DNA of 64,000 nt from Elusimicrobiota bacterium (GTDB lineage: Bacteria; Elusimicrobiota; Elusimicrobia; UBA1565; JACRDR01). The notes beneath the pieces were generated by a model, which saw only the letters and a program-made list of their open reading frames with translations, did no database searches and was not told the origin of the DNA. Both the position numbers and the translations under genes were made by a program. Where the stretch lies: assembly GCA_041694815.1 (NCBI GenBank), contig JBGFSC010000006.1, positions 1 to 64,000 of the forward strand. The letters run 5' to 3'. This document shows, in pieces, positions 27,407 to 38,298 of this stretch; position 1 is the stretch's first letter, and the number at the start of each line of letters is the position of its first letter.

Positions 27407-30400
27407 CTGAGGCATTGCTAGACCAGCCGGCCCGCGACGCGGCGCGCTTCGAGCTGGGGCGCAACATCGTCGTCGAGGCGGGCGCCGGCACCGGCAAGAC
27501 ATCGCTTCTGACCGAGCGCATCCTGTTCCTTTTGGCGGCCGGAGGCCCGCAAGGCCGGGGGATCGACATTACTCGCATCGTGGCGCTCACCTTCACCGAG
27601 AAGGCCGCCGCCGAGATACAGTGGAGGCTCTCCTCGAGGCTCGCGGACCTGACGGCGGCGATTGACGGCACCTTGCGCGACCCGGGCCGGCTGCAGGAAT
27701 GCCGGCGATGGATTTCGGAAGTCGGGCGGCGTTTCGGCCGTCAGGGAGAGGAGTTGCGGCGCGCTCTGGCGGAGGCCAGCGAGAAAATGGAGCGAGCCTC
27801 TATCGGCACCATCCATCGCTTCGCCGCGCAGCTGTTGCGCCTGCATCCCTTGGAGAGCGGCGTCGACCCCGCCTTCGAGGTGGACCCGGGGCCCGCCTTC
27901 GAGGAAAATTTCGAGTCGCATTGGCAGCGCTGGCTCGTGGAGGAGCTCGGCGAAGAAGCGCCGCGGCGCGAGTCCTGGCTCGAGCTGCTGGCCATCGTCG
28001 ACTTGGAGGATCTAAGGCTCTTAGCGCGCGCGCTATGCTCCGAGGAGTGCGCGGGCGCGACGCCTGCATCGCCTCAGCTGGAGCGCCGCCTGCGCGCCTT
28101 GGCCGAGGCCTTCGAGACCTTCGCGCGCAAGCCCGCGCCCGCGCGCAGCAAGGTACAAGAGCGGTGCCTGCAGGCGAAGGAAAGGCTGCGCCGCCTCGCG
28201 GAGGCTTTTTCCGGCGGGGGGGCTTTGGCTCGGCGACTTCCGGCGCCGCTTAAGGTCGGGCAATGGCCGCAGGCCTGGGGGGAGGGCGAGGAGAGGGAGC
28301 TCTTCGAGGCGGGCGCGTGGCTGGCCGAGCGCGCCTCGGCCGAAAGCGAGAGTCTGTTGCGCCGTGCCGCCGGGCTGCTGGAGCCTTTTTGCAGGCGTTT
28401 TCGAGCGGAATACAGCAGGCGCGGCCATGTGGGCTTTTCGGGCCTGTTGCGGCACGCGCGGGACCTGGTGCGCGACGATCCCGACGTCCGCTCGAGGCTC
28501 AAGCGCCGCTTCGACGTTCTGCTCATCGACGAGTTCCAGGATACCGACCCCCTGCAGGGCGAGCTGCTGCTGTTTTTGGCCGAACGGCCCGGCGACGCCG
28601 CGGCGCAGTGGCGGAAAATACGCCTGGAGCCCGGGCGCCTGTTCATCGTCGGGGATCCTAAGCAGTCGATCTATCGTTTCCGCGGAGCCGACATCCGCGC
28701 CTACGAGGAGTTCGCGCGCCTCCTGCTCGAGCAGGGCGCTCTTCGCTGCGACCTGCAGACGAGTTTTCGGAGCCATTCGGGGGTGATCGCTCCGATCAAC
28801 GCGGTTTTCGCCTCCGCCATGCGGGCCAAGGCCGGACTGCAGCCTCCATACCTCCCGATCCATCCGCGTCCGGACGGCGGCGGCTCGGCCGGGGTGGAGC
28901 TTGTCGTCTTCGAGGAGGCCGACGAGCCGGGGCCGCGTGCCGAGGCCCTGCGCCGGGCGGAGGCCGCGTGGATCGCGCGCTGGATCTCCGAGCGGGACGC
29001 GCGTTGGAAGTTTCGGGACGTCGCGATACTCATGCGCTCGACGAACGCCTTAGACATCTACCTTTCGGCGCTCAGGGCCCAGGGAATCCCGTACGCGGTC
29101 GAGGCGGACCGCCGATTCTTCGGTACCCAGGAGATACTCGATTGCGTCAATCTGCTGAGGGTCCTGGAGGACCCCGGCGACGCTATAGCGCTGGTGGGCC
29201 TGCTCCGTTCGCCGGCCGCGGCCTTAAGCGACCGGGATATCCTGGAGCTGAGGGAATCCGGTTCTCTTTCGATATTCGCGGATCCACCCGAGGGTCTGGA
29301 CCGCGAAGCGCGCCGGCGCGCTTGCGCGCTCTTTGATGAGTTGCGCGGGCTGCGCGAGCGGGTGGGCCGCGAGCCTTTGGCGGATTTCGTGCGCCGCGCG
29401 ATGCGGCGCACGCGTATGACGGAGCTTTGCGCCCAGGCGTATCACGGCGAGCAGACCGTCTCGAACCTGCTCAAGTTCCAACGCATCGCCGACGAGGCCG
29501 CAGACACGCGGGGCAGCACCTTGCGGGAGTTCCTGCTGCAGCTGGGCCGCTCTATCGAGGATTCGGCGGAGGAGGGGGAAAGCCCTCTGGCCGACGATCA
29601 TCTCGACGCCGTGCGCATCCTGACCATCCATAAGGCCAAGGGTTTGGAGTTCCCAATCGTATTCTTGCCCAATCTGGGGGCGCCGATCCGCTCCGGCGAA
29701 CCGCCGGTTTTCATGGCCGAGTGGCGCACGCAGGCGGCCGGATTCCGCCTTCCCAAGGCGAAGGCCGCGGATGCGGCCATGGCGCTGCTCCAATGGGATG
29801 AGAACCGCCGGATCCGCGAGGAATCCGTGCGCCTGCTCTACGTCGCCATGACCCGCGCGCGCGAGCGGCTGTTCCTTTTAGGCGCGGAGGCCCCCGGCCA
29901 TGCGGGTACTTTCTCTAATATATTGGCCGCGGCCGGAGCCTGGCCCCAGGGGCAAGCGGGTTCGTTGTCCATAGGCTCCCATTCCGTGCCCGTGCGGCGA
30001 GTCTCCGGGGACCGCCTTGCCGCCCCGCGGAGAAGGCGCGGCGAGGCCTGGAGCGTCGATGCGCGGGCCTGGTCGAGGGTATGGGCCGCCCGCCGCGCCG
30101 AGCGGTCGCGATGGAGCGGGGGCCTTTTCGCCAGCCCTACCGACTATCAGGCGGAGATCCAGAAGCTCCCGGCGCTCGAAGAGGGCGCGGGGCCGCCGGC
30201 GGATTGGATCGGCCGGCTCTGCCACCGCGTGCTGGAGAAGTGGGATTTCGCGCGCCCGCCGGATTTGGGCGAGGCGCTGGCCTCGGCCTGCCGCAACCTC
30301 GCCTGGCTGGAATCGGGCGTCCCGTGGAAGGCCGTCGCCGAGGAGGGATGGAGGATACTCGAAGGGTTCTTGGAGTCGGAGGCGGCCCGGGAATTGGCCG

Positions 30401-30675
30401 ATTCGGAGATACTGGGCCGCGAAATGCCCTTCTTATATCCTCGCGAAGGACGGGTGATGCGCGGCAGCCTGGACCTGCTCTACCGCCGGGGCGGAAAGCT
30501 TTGGGTAGCCGATTATAAGACGGGGAAACCGCTGCTGGACATCCGCGAAGCGCTCCGCCGCTACGGCCCCCAGGCCGGGGCCTATGTGGAGGCCGTCGAG
30601 CGCGGCCTGGGAGAAAGGCCGGGATTCAAATTATTGTGGCTGCGCGGCGGAAAATCCATCGAGCTGCCGATTTGA
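27403..30675 (+). CDS. addA: AddA-like UvrD helicase/nuclease
   Basis: [62 protein letters not shown]...ADYKT. Confidence 0.92.
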   Translation: MTEALLDQPARDAARFELGRNIVVEAGAGTGKTSLLTERILFLLAAGGPQGRGIDITRIVALTFTEKAAAEIQWRLSSRLADLTAAIDGTLRDPGRLQECRRWISEVGRRFGRQGEELRRALAEASEKMERASIGTIHRFAAQLLRLHPLESGVDPAFEVDPGPAFEENFESHWQRWLVEELGEEAPRRESWLELLAIVDLEDLRLLARALCSEECAGATPASPQLERRLRALAEAFETFARKPAPARSKVQERCLQAKERLRRLAEAFSGGGALARRLPAPLKVGQWPQAWGEGEERELFEAGAWLAERASAESESLLRRAAGLLEPFCRRFRAEYSRRGHVGFSGLLRHARDLVRDDPDVRSRLKRRFDVLLIDEFQDTDPLQGELLLFLAERPGDAAAQWRKIRLEPGRLFIVGDPKQSIYRFRGADIRAYEEFARLLLEQGALRCDLQTSFRSHSGVIAPINAVFASAMRAKAGLQPPYLPIHPRPDGGGSAGVELVVFEEADEPGPRAEALRRAEAAWIARWISERDARWKFRDVAILMRSTNALDIYLSALRAQGIPYAVEADRRFFGTQEILDCVNLLRVLEDPGDAIALVGLLRSPAAALSDRDILELRESGSLSIFADPPEGLDREARRRACALFDELRGLRERVGREPLADFVRRAMRRTRMTELCAQAYHGEQTVSNLLKFQRIADEAADTRGSTLREFLLQLGRSIEDSAEEGESPLADDHLDAVRILTIHKAKGLEFPIVFLPNLGAPIRSGEPPVFMAEWRTQAAGFRLPKAKAADAAMALLQWDENRRIREESVRLLYVAMTRARERLFLLGAEAPGHAGTFSNILAAAGAWPQGQAGSLSIGSHSVPVRRVSGDRLAAPRRRRGEAWSVDARAWSRVWAARRAERSRWSGGLFASPTDYQAEIQKLPALEEGAGPPADWIGRLCHRVLEKWDFARPPDLGEALASACRNLAWLESGVPWKAVAEEGWRILEGFLESEAARELADSEILGREMPFLYPREGRVMRGSLDLLYRRGGKLWVADYKTGKPLLDIREALRRYGPQAGAYVEAVERGLGERPGFKLLWLRGGKSIELPI

Positions 30676-30686
30676 TAGAATGCGCC

Positions 30687-31661
30687 ATGGCCTTCCCGGC
30701 AACGAGGCTGAGGCGCTTGCGCTCGAGCCCGGCCCTAAGATCGCTGGTCCGCCAGACGCGGCTTGCCGGAGAGGACCTGGTCCTTCCCTTGTTCGTGCGC
30801 CCCGGTAAAGGCGAGCGGCGGCCGATCGCCTCCATGCCAGGGCATTTCCAGTATTCCGTCGACACGGCGGTCAAGGCCGCCAAGGAAGCGGCCGCGGCGG
30901 GCCTCCCCGCCATCCTCCTTTTCGGCATACCGGAGCGCAAGGACTCCAGGGCCAGCGGCGCCTACGCCGCAGGCGGGATCGCGCAGAGGGCGGCCTCGGC
31001 CATCAAGCAGGCCCTTCCCGAGCTGCTAGTCATCGCCGATCTCTGCTTTTGCGAATACACCGATCACGGGCATTGCGGCGTCTTGAAGGGCCGGCGCGTC
31101 GACAACGACGCCACGCTCCTTTTGGCCGGGAAAACGGCGGCGAGCCAGGCCAAGGCCGGGGCCGACATCATCGCGCCCAGCGGCATGATGGACGGCCAGG
31201 TGGCGGCCATACGCTCGGCCTTGGATCGCGCCGGATACAAGAATACCCCGATCCTCGCCTATACGGCCAAGTTCGCCTCCGCTTTTTACGGGCCGTTCCG
31301 GGAGGCCGCCGAATCCCCGCCCTCCTTCGGCGACCGCTCCGGCTATCAAATGGACCCGGCCAACGCGCGCGAGGCAATCCGCGAGGCGGAGCTCGACGTG
31401 CAGGAGGGCGCCGACATGCTGATGGTCAAGCCGGCCATGGCCTACCTCGACGTGCTCGCCGAGTTGCGGCGCCGCTTCCCGCTGCCTCTGGCGGCCTACA
31501 GCGTATCCGGGGAATTCGCGATGATCAAGGCGGCGGCGGCCCAGGGATGGGTCGACGAGCGCAAGGTCGTGCTTGAATCGCTCGCGTCGATCAAGCGGGC
31601 CGGGGCGGATTTCATCATCAGCTACCACGCCTTGGAAGCGGCGCGCTGGCTGGCGGAATGA
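30687..31661 (+). CDS. hemB: Porphobilinogen synthase
   Basis: [39 protein letters not shown]. Confidence 0.97.
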   Translation: MAFPATRLRRLRSSPALRSLVRQTRLAGEDLVLPLFVRPGKGERRPIASMPGHFQYSVDTAVKAAKEAAAAGLPAILLFGIPERKDSRASGAYAAGGIAQRAASAIKQALPELLVIADLCFCEYTDHGHCGVLKGRRVDNDATLLLAGKTAASQAKAGADIIAPSGMMDGQVAAIRSALDRAGYKNTPILAYTAKFASAFYGPFREAAESPPSFGDRSGYQMDPANAREAIREAELDVQEGADMLMVKPAMAYLDVLAELRRRFPLPLAAYSVSGEFAMIKAAAAQGWVDERKVVLESLASIKRAGADFIISYHALEAARWLAE

Positions 31662-31954
31662 GCGCCTCTCGGGCGGCCTTCGCCGCCGGGGCCCTGGCCT
31701 GCTGGGCGGCCTGTCTCGCGCTGGACTATTTTTCCCTGGGCCGGATAGCCCCTAAGGTGCTTTTCATTTGCCGCTTTTACGTGGCGGCCATTTTAATGCT
31801 CACTCCGATGGTGCTCTACTGGGATGAAACGCGATACGCCGTATTCTACGCGGACCGGCGCGTTATATGGAGCATACTGTCGAGCGCCGTCTGCGGCGCC
31901 GCGGGCCTGTTTCTATGGTACCGGGCCTTAGGCGGACCTGATGGAAAAATCTGA
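31658..31954 (+). CDS. Small membrane protein (EamA-like half domain)
   Basis: 3 hydrophobic segments; translationally coupled between hemB and hemL. Confidence 0.6.
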   Translation: MSASRAAFAAGALACWAACLALDYFSLGRIAPKVLFICRFYVAAILMLTPMVLYWDETRYAVFYADRRVIWSILSSAVCGAAGLFLWYRALGGPDGKI

Positions 31955-33230
31955 TCGTTTATTCCGCCGGGCTTGCGGACTGCTGCCAGGCGGGGTCAAT
32001 TCGCCGGTGAGGGCCTTCAAGGCGGTCGGCGGCACTCCGCGCTTTATCCGCTCAGGCAAGGGAGCTCGAATTTTAGATGAGGATGGGCGTTCCTATATCG
32101 ATTATTGCCTTTCCTGGGGACCTCTTATCCTAGGCCATGCCCACCCCGCCGTCGTCGCCGCAGCGTCTCGCGCACTGAAAAGGGGATCGAGCTTCGGCGC
32201 GCCGACCGAGGCCGAATCGCGGCTGGCCGAGTTGATCCGCTCCGCCTTGCCCTCGATGCGTATGCTGAGGCTGACGAGCTCAGGCACCGAGGCCGTCATG
32301 AGCGCCCTGCGCCTGGCCCGCGCCTTCACGAGGCGTGACTGGATCGTGAAGTTCTCGGGATGCTATCACGGTCATGTCGACAGCCTGCTGGTCTCCGCTG
32401 GCTCAGGCGCTATGACATTAGGCAGTCCGGATTCCGCGGGCGTACCCGAATCTTGGGCCCGGATGACGCTTTCTTTGTCTTACAACGATGTCGCTTCCGT
32501 CGAGAACGCGTTCGCCCAATATGGCGGGCGCATCGCCGCCGTCATCATCGAGCCGCTGGCCGCGAACATGGGAGTCGTGGCGCCGCGCGAAGGATTTCTC
32601 AAGGCCTTGCGCGAGATCACCCGGCGGCACGGGGCCTTGCTTATCTTCGACGAGGTGGTGACCGGCTTCCGTCTGGAGTTCGGCGGCGCCCAGACGCTCT
32701 GGAAGATAGAGCCCGATCTGACCTGCCTGGGAAAAATTATTGGAGGGGGATTTCCAATCGGCGCTTACGGGGGGCGGCGCGAAATCATGGAGATGGTAGC
32801 GCCTTTGGGGCCGGTGTATCAGGCGGGGACCCTCTCCGGCAACCCCGTCGCCGTCGCCGCCGGCATCGCCTGTCTCGAGACTCTCCGCCGCCAGAAGCCG
32901 TACGCGCGCATGGCGCGTCTGGCCTCGCGGCTCGCCGAGGGGTTGCGCCGGCAGGCGTCGGGACTGGGCGTGCCCTTGACCGTCCAGCAATTCGCCTCTA
33001 TGCTGACCCCTTTCTTTCACGCAGGACCGATCAGCGATTACGCCAGCGCGAAGGCGGCCGACACCCGGGCTTACGCCCGATTCTTCCATGCCATGCTTCG
33101 CGAGGGAATATACCTGCCTCCGGCGCAATTCGAGGCCGCCTTCCTGTCAGCCGCGCATACCGAAAAGGACGTCGATCTCAGCTTGAGGGCAGCGGGTAGG
33201 GCGCTGGATTCGCTAACGCGAAGGACTTAG
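31941..33230 (+). CDS. hemL: Glutamate-1-semialdehyde 2,1-aminomutase
   Basis: PGGVNSPVRAF, SWGPLILGH, SGTEA, FDEVVTGFR, GKIIGGG, YQAGTLSGNP. Confidence 0.97.
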   Translation: MEKSDRLFRRACGLLPGGVNSPVRAFKAVGGTPRFIRSGKGARILDEDGRSYIDYCLSWGPLILGHAHPAVVAAASRALKRGSSFGAPTEAESRLAELIRSALPSMRMLRLTSSGTEAVMSALRLARAFTRRDWIVKFSGCYHGHVDSLLVSAGSGAMTLGSPDSAGVPESWARMTLSLSYNDVASVENAFAQYGGRIAAVIIEPLAANMGVVAPREGFLKALREITRRHGALLIFDEVVTGFRLEFGGAQTLWKIEPDLTCLGKIIGGGFPIGAYGGRREIMEMVAPLGPVYQAGTLSGNPVAVAAGIACLETLRRQKPYARMARLASRLAEGLRRQASGLGVPLTVQQFASMLTPFFHAGPISDYASAKAADTRAYARFFHAMLREGIYLPPAQFEAAFLSAAHTEKDVDLSLRAAGRALDSLTRRT

Positions 33231-33824
33231 CGAGACGAGCACTGGAAGGCCTTTGTAGAAAAAAACGAGGACGCCTTCCGGCAAGCCCATGGCGGCTCTC
33301 TGATCGGCGGACGCTTCCTTGACGCCAGCTACCTTGCGGATGGCCATGAGTACGCGCGACTGAGTCGCGATCCCGCTGTCGATGCCCACGAGTATCGCGG
33401 GGGGCGCGGGGATGACGCCGATGCTTACCCGCGGCCTATCTCCGTCATCGTAAACGGGGATCGGTATGCGATTCAAGGCGTCCGCGAATTCCTTCGCGGT
33501 CCGGAGCAGGTCTTCTTCTTTTGGTGCGCCTCCGCCGAACATGGTCGATAGAATTTGCTCCATCAGCTTGTTCTGATCCGAGCCGCGGCCCTGCGGAGCC
33601 GCTTGGATTTTCGGGATTTCCAGAAGCGGCAGTTTCCCATCCGCATCAGCCAGATTTGCCGGTCCTTCCTTTGTATAGCCTTCCGGCAAGGTGAGTAAGG
33701 GCAGTTTTCCCTGCTCGTCGAATTGGGCATCGCCCTGTTGCCTGGCATCCTCCGGGCTTTCGGCGAAGCAGGGAACGCCCGCTAAGAATACGGCGCTTAC
33801 GGCGAGAGTGAATATGGAGTTCAT
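33213..33824 (-). CDS. Secreted hypothetical protein with the SxExA..FD / KLPLL N-terminal module
   Basis: Signal MNSIFTLAVSAVFLAGVPCFA; N-terminal module paralogous to 35667-36278. Confidence 0.75.
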   Translation of the reverse strand: MNSIFTLAVSAVFLAGVPCFAESPEDARQQGDAQFDEQGKLPLLTLPEGYTKEGPANLADADGKLPLLEIPKIQAAPQGRGSDQNKLMEQILSTMFGGGAPKEEDLLRTAKEFADALNRIPIPVYDDGDRPRVSIGVIPAPPAILVGIDSGIATQSRVLMAIRKVAGVKEASADQRAAMGLPEGVLVFFYKGLPVLVSLSPSR

Positions 33825-33858
33825 GCCTCCAGTATGGGCCTTATTCCTCCGCGGCGCA

Positions 33859-33921
33859 TGAGTCCCAAGACCTAAATCGTCTGGGTCCTTGGGCCCCGAG
33901 AATTTAGGACCAAAAGGCCCT
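33859..33921. promoter_or_regulatory. Three tandem palindromic boxes (23-bp period) in a divergent promoter
   Basis: tgagtc-ccaa-gaccta (33859), tgggtc-cttg-ggcccc (33882), taggac-caaaa-ggccct (33905). Confidence 0.75.
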
Positions 33922-33954
33922 CGCGATTTGCTGCCGCTCCGCTAAACTAGTCAT

Positions 33955-35664
33955 ATGAAAAAACTACCCGTCGTACTCGCCCTCTTCACCGTATTATCCG
34001 TCGCGCCCAGCCCACGCTCCTATGCCCAGTTCGGCAATCCGTTCGCCGCGCAGGAGGAGCAACATAAGAAGGTCGTAGGAAGGCTCGGCGAAGCGCTCAA
34101 TGCCAAGCAGTCCGAGATGCCTAAGGATGTTTGGAAGAGAGTCCATGAGGAATATAACCGCCTCCTTAATATGCAGCCCCACAATCCCGAGGCCCAGAAA
34201 TCGATAGATTACCTGCAATGGTTCATCGATCTTCCTTGGGGAAAAGAGACCCAGGATCGATTCGACCTGGCGGAGGCTCAAAAGATATTAGACCGCGATC
34301 ATTACGGGCTCGACCAGGTCAAGGAGCGTGTCATCGAGTACCTGGCGGTCCGCAAGAGAACCGCCTCGCAGAAGGGAGGCATTCTCTGCTTCGTGGGGCC
34401 CAAGGGAACCGGGAAAACCTCCATCGCCAAGGCCATCGCCGAGTCCATGGGCCGCAGCTTCGTCCGCTTGTCTCTGGGCGGAGTCAATAACGAGGCGGAA
34501 TTGCGCGGGTTTCAGAGGACCTATATGGGATCACGGCCGGGCAGCATCATCACCCAGATGAAGAACGCCAAGACGATAAACCCCGTGATGCTCATGGACG
34601 AGGTGGACAAGCTGGCCGATGGCAGTCACTACGGCGATCCTCGGGCGGCGCTCTTGGAGATCCTCGACCCGGAGCAAAATAATACCTTCCGGGACCATTA
34701 TATGGATGTCCCCTATGATTTGTCGAAGGTGCTCTTCATCCTCACGGCCAACGATATGAGGAGGATCCCACCGCCCCTGCTCGACCGCGTGGAGATCATC
34801 GAGTTCTCGGCCTACACGGTGCGCGAGAAGGTGGGCATAGCCCAGCACCATATCGTGGGCCGTAAGCAGCGCGAATGCGGCATCAAGCCGGGCTCCTGCG
34901 AGCTCACCGTCGCGGCCATCGAGCAGATCATCGACGGCTACACGATGGAGGCCGGGGTGCGCAACCTGCAGGAGAACATCGGCGGCGTCTACCGCAAGGC
35001 CGCCGCCTGGGAGGAGACCAAGGGCCTGCCCATCCCCAAGAAGATCGATCATGGGCAGGTGAAGGATTACCTGGGAGCCCCGCGCTACGGCCACCGCATC
35101 ATGGAGGAAAACGGCGTCGGGGTCGGCACGGGCTTGGCGGTCAGCGACAACGGCGGGAGCACGCTCAACGTCGAGGTGCTCAAGGTGCCCGGAGACGGCA
35201 AGGTCCGCACCCGTGAGTTGATGGAGAAGATGTTCCAGGATTCCGCCGACAATGCCGTGGCCTACGTCAAGTCCAAGGCCGTGGAACTGGGCATCGATCC
35301 GGAGGATTTCAAGAAATACGATCTGGAGATCGCGATAGCTCCCGCGATTCCGGTCGACGGGCCTTCGGCGGGTACCGCCATGACCACGGCGATCGCGAGC
35401 AGCTTGAGCGGCCGCAGGATCCGTAAGGGAGTAGCCATGACCGGCGAGGTCACGTTGACCGGCAAGGTGCTCCCGATCGGTGGGCTCAAGCAGAAGGTGA
35501 TGGCGGCCGAGCGCATGGGCTACGACACGGTGCTTTTCCCCGCCGCCAACGAGCATGAGCTCGAGGAGATTTCCCCCGAAGTGCGCAAGAAGATGACATT
35601 GGTGCCCGTCAAGACGATGGACGAGGTCTTGAATCTGGCCTTGGAGCCCCGGCCCCAGGCCTGA
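33955..35664 (+). CDS. lon: Lon protease lacking the LON_N substrate domain, with signal peptide
   Basis: LD.DHYGL..VKERV.EYLAV, GPKGTGKTS, MDEVDK, ALLEILDPEQN..F.DHY, DGPSAG (Ser), PIGGLKQK (Lys). Leader MKKLPVVLALFTVLSVAPSPRSYA. Confidence 0.92.
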   Translation: MKKLPVVLALFTVLSVAPSPRSYAQFGNPFAAQEEQHKKVVGRLGEALNAKQSEMPKDVWKRVHEEYNRLLNMQPHNPEAQKSIDYLQWFIDLPWGKETQDRFDLAEAQKILDRDHYGLDQVKERVIEYLAVRKRTASQKGGILCFVGPKGTGKTSIAKAIAESMGRSFVRLSLGGVNNEAELRGFQRTYMGSRPGSIITQMKNAKTINPVMLMDEVDKLADGSHYGDPRAALLEILDPEQNNTFRDHYMDVPYDLSKVLFILTANDMRRIPPPLLDRVEIIEFSAYTVREKVGIAQHHIVGRKQRECGIKPGSCELTVAAIEQIIDGYTMEAGVRNLQENIGGVYRKAAAWEETKGLPIPKKIDHGQVKDYLGAPRYGHRIMEENGVGVGTGLAVSDNGGSTLNVEVLKVPGDGKVRTRELMEKMFQDSADNAVAYVKSKAVELGIDPEDFKKYDLEIAIAPAIPVDGPSAGTAMTTAIASSLSGRRIRKGVAMTGEVTLTGKVLPIGGLKQKVMAAERMGYDTVLFPAANEHELEEISPEVRKKMTLVPVKTMDEVLNLALEPRPQA

Positions 35665-35666
35665 TC

Positions 35667-36278
35667 ATGAGCAAGGCCACGGCAAGCTACTGGCTCGCCT
35701 TAGCCATTATCGCGCTCTCTGCGGTTGGCCGCGCGGCGGAGACCGCCAAAAGCGACGAGGAGGCCAAGCAGCAGGCTGACCTCCAATTCGATGAGTCGGG
35801 CAAACTGCCCCTACTTACCTTACCGAAAGGGTATAAAGCGGAAAGACCGGCGATGGGCAGTCTCGGAACAGCTCCTCTTAATATCACCGATGCGCAGGAC
35901 AAGCTTCCGCTCTTGCCGATCCCTTCACCGGCTCCAGCCCGACGCGCCGGGCCGAACGTGCTTGAAGGGCTTATCGGCAGCTTGATCGGCTCCGCCATCG
36001 GCAGCCATGTATTTGTCAATGTCTTTACCCCGATGTTCTCGGCGCAGCCGCTGCTGATCCCCATCGTCGCGGCTATTTTCGGCATGTCCATGGGGACTCG
36101 CATGGCCATGCCGATGGCGATGTTGATAAGGCGTCGCTGGCCCATGATCGTTATGCCCCTGTTGCTCGGAGCCGTTTGCTTCCTGATCCCTCCCATGGGT
36201 GGAGCGATATGGGGAATGATGATTCTGGGACCGCTATTCGCCCGCCTTTTGGCTAAACTCGGGTCTTTAAAGAAGTAA
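35667..36278 (+). CDS. Secreted/membrane protein with the SxExA..FD / KLPLL module and a hydrophobic Met/Gly-rich C-terminus
   Basis: Signal peptide; 2 bp after lon; several C-terminal hydrophobic helices. Confidence 0.75.
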   Translation: MSKATASYWLALAIIALSAVGRAAETAKSDEEAKQQADLQFDESGKLPLLTLPKGYKAERPAMGSLGTAPLNITDAQDKLPLLPIPSPAPARRAGPNVLEGLIGSLIGSAIGSHVFVNVFTPMFSAQPLLIPIVAAIFGMSMGTRMAMPMAMLIRRRWPMIVMPLLLGAVCFLIPPMGGAIWGMMILGPLFARLLAKLGSLKK

Positions 36279-36292
36279 AAAACGGCGGGGCT

Positions 36293-37933
36293 CTACATCC
36301 GTTCCGGCGCCGAAACGCCCAATAGCCCCAATCCCTCGGCGATCACGGCGCGCACCCCTCCGCAGAGAGCCAGGCGCGCGCGTGACAACTCCGCTTGAAC
36401 CGCGTCGACGACGCGGCATTTCTCGTAGAAGGGGTGGAACAAGCCGGCGAGCTCCAGCAGGTAGTTGGCCAAGAAATGCGGGGAGAGTTCCGCCTCGCAG
36501 CTGCGCAGGGCCGCCGGAAACCAGGCCGTCTTGGCCAATAGGGCGCGCTCCTCCGGGGAGCGGAGCATCGCCGCGTCGAATTCCGCCCTCTTCTCTCCCA
36601 GGACCTTTTCCGCCTCCCGAAAAATCGAGCAGATCCTGGCGTGCACGTACTGGACATAATAGACCGGATTCTCCTGGGACTGCTTCTTGGCCAATTCCAG
36701 ATCGAAATTCATGTGGGAGTTGGCCGTGCGCAGGGCGAAGAAGAATCGGCAGGCGTCCCGGCCGACTTCCTCGACCACCTCGCGCAAAGTGACGAACTCG
36801 CCGGCGCGCTTGGACATCTTGACCGCCGTCGTTCCGCGGTAGAGGTGCACCAGCTGGTGGATGATGGCGTGGAAGTATTCCGGGGGACGGCACAGCGCCG
36901 CGATCGCCGCGCGCATGCGCGGCACGTAGCCGTGATGGTCGGCCCCCCAGATGTCGACGAGCTCCGTCCAACCGCGGTCGAACTTGTTCTTGTGGTAGGC
37001 GATGTCCGGAAGGAAGTAAGTGGGATTGCCGTCCGATTTGACGAGGACGCGGTCCTTGTCGTCGGCCCCCGCCTCCAGCTGGCTGGTGCCGAGCCACACG
37101 GCCCCCTCTTTTTCGTATACCATCCCGCGCTTCCTTAAGTAGTCGAGGGTCGACTCGACGGCCTTGGAGGCGTAGAGCTCGCTCTCGCGGAACCAGCGGT
37201 CGAAGGCGACCCCGAAGGCGTCCATATCCGCCTTGTGGGAGGCGAGCATCAGCTCCATGGCGTAGCGCCCCCATGCGTGCTCATCCCAGCCAGCGGCCTC
37301 GGGAGGGGCTGCGGCCGCGACCTCCTTTAGGTATTCGCCTTGGTAGCCGTCCGTCGGGACTTCCGCGGGCTTTCCTTGAAGCTGCAGGTAGCGCGCTTGG
37401 GCGGAGCGGCCGAGAAGCTCCGCGCGGGCACCCCCGTCATTGATGTAACATTCGCAGCCGACCTTATGGCCGATGCGGCGGAGTATCTTGGCCAAGCTGT
37501 CGCCCAGCGTGGCTCCCCGCCCGGAGGCCAGGTGCAGCGGGCCGGTGGGATTGGCCGAGACGAACTCGATCAAGAGGGAACGGGCCGCGACATCCGGGTC
37601 GCGCCCGTACTCGCCGGGCTTGGCGAGCAGCGCGCGTAGATTTTCCGCCAGCGCCTCCGGCCGCAGCTTGAAATTGACGAAGCCAGGCGCGACGGCCTGC
37701 GGCGTCTCGACGCCGCCCAAATCCCGCAGTGCCTCGGCCAATTGGGCCGCTACCTCCAGCGGCTTGCGGCCCATGGCCTTGGCCAGTGAGAGGGGCCAAG
37801 GCAGGGAAAAATCCGCGGGGACGTGGGCCGGCGCCGGAGCGAATGTGAAATGCCGGGGGGCCTCGACGCCTTGGCCCTGCGCCCAAGCCTTAAGCCGCGA
37901 GGCCGCTTCCCGTTGAACCCTTTCGATGATCAC
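36293..37933 (-). CDS. argS: Arginine--tRNA ligase
   Basis: EFVSANPTGPLH, GADHHGY, KMSKRAG, NPVYYVQYVHARICS, LGVSAPERM. Confidence 0.97.
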   Translation of the reverse strand: MIIERVQREAASRLKAWAQGQGVEAPRHFTFAPAPAHVPADFSLPWPLSLAKAMGRKPLEVAAQLAEALRDLGGVETPQAVAPGFVNFKLRPEALAENLRALLAKPGEYGRDPDVAARSLLIEFVSANPTGPLHLASGRGATLGDSLAKILRRIGHKVGCECYINDGGARAELLGRSAQARYLQLQGKPAEVPTDGYQGEYLKEVAAAAPPEAAGWDEHAWGRYAMELMLASHKADMDAFGVAFDRWFRESELYASKAVESTLDYLRKRGMVYEKEGAVWLGTSQLEAGADDKDRVLVKSDGNPTYFLPDIAYHKNKFDRGWTELVDIWGADHHGYVPRMRAAIAALCRPPEYFHAIIHQLVHLYRGTTAVKMSKRAGEFVTLREVVEEVGRDACRFFFALRTANSHMNFDLELAKKQSQENPVYYVQYVHARICSIFREAEKVLGEKRAEFDAAMLRSPEERALLAKTAWFPAALRSCEAELSPHFLANYLLELAGLFHPFYEKCRVVDAVQAELSRARLALCGGVRAVIAEGLGLLGVSAPERM

Positions 37934-38298
37934 GCCTTTTTCCGCGCGCGGGGCTGCCAGCGCTGCTTGGGCGCGTCCCGGTAGAGCTTGTCGAGCGCGT
38001 AGAAGGCGCGCGCCTCGGGGTGCGTCAGGTGCACGATCAGGCCGCCGAAGTCGAGCACGCGCCAGAGCCCGCTGTGGGCGCCGTCTCGGTGTAGCAGCTC
38101 CACGCCGGAGCCCTCGAGGAGCTCGCTGACGGCGGCCTCGACGGCCTCCAGATGGGCGGGGGACTGCACGTCAACGAGCAGGGCGTAATCGGCCAGGGAG
38201 CTTAAGCGGTGTATGTCGAGGAGCACGATGTTTTCCGCCTTCTTGTCGTAAGCGGCGCGGGCCGCGTGGGTCGCGAGGCTACGGAAGGCCGAGGGCAC
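37930..38298 (-). CDS. rsfS: Ribosome silencing factor
   Basis: DKKAENIVLLD, LADY, WRVLDFGGLIVH....R.FYALDKLY; GTG start overlaps the pilT stop. Confidence 0.9.
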   Translation of the reverse strand: MPSAFRSLATHAARAAYDKKAENIVLLDIHRLSSLADYALLVDVQSPAHLEAVEAAVSELLEGSGVELLHRDGAHSGLWRVLDFGGLIVHLTHPEARAFYALDKLYRDAPKQRWQPRARKKA

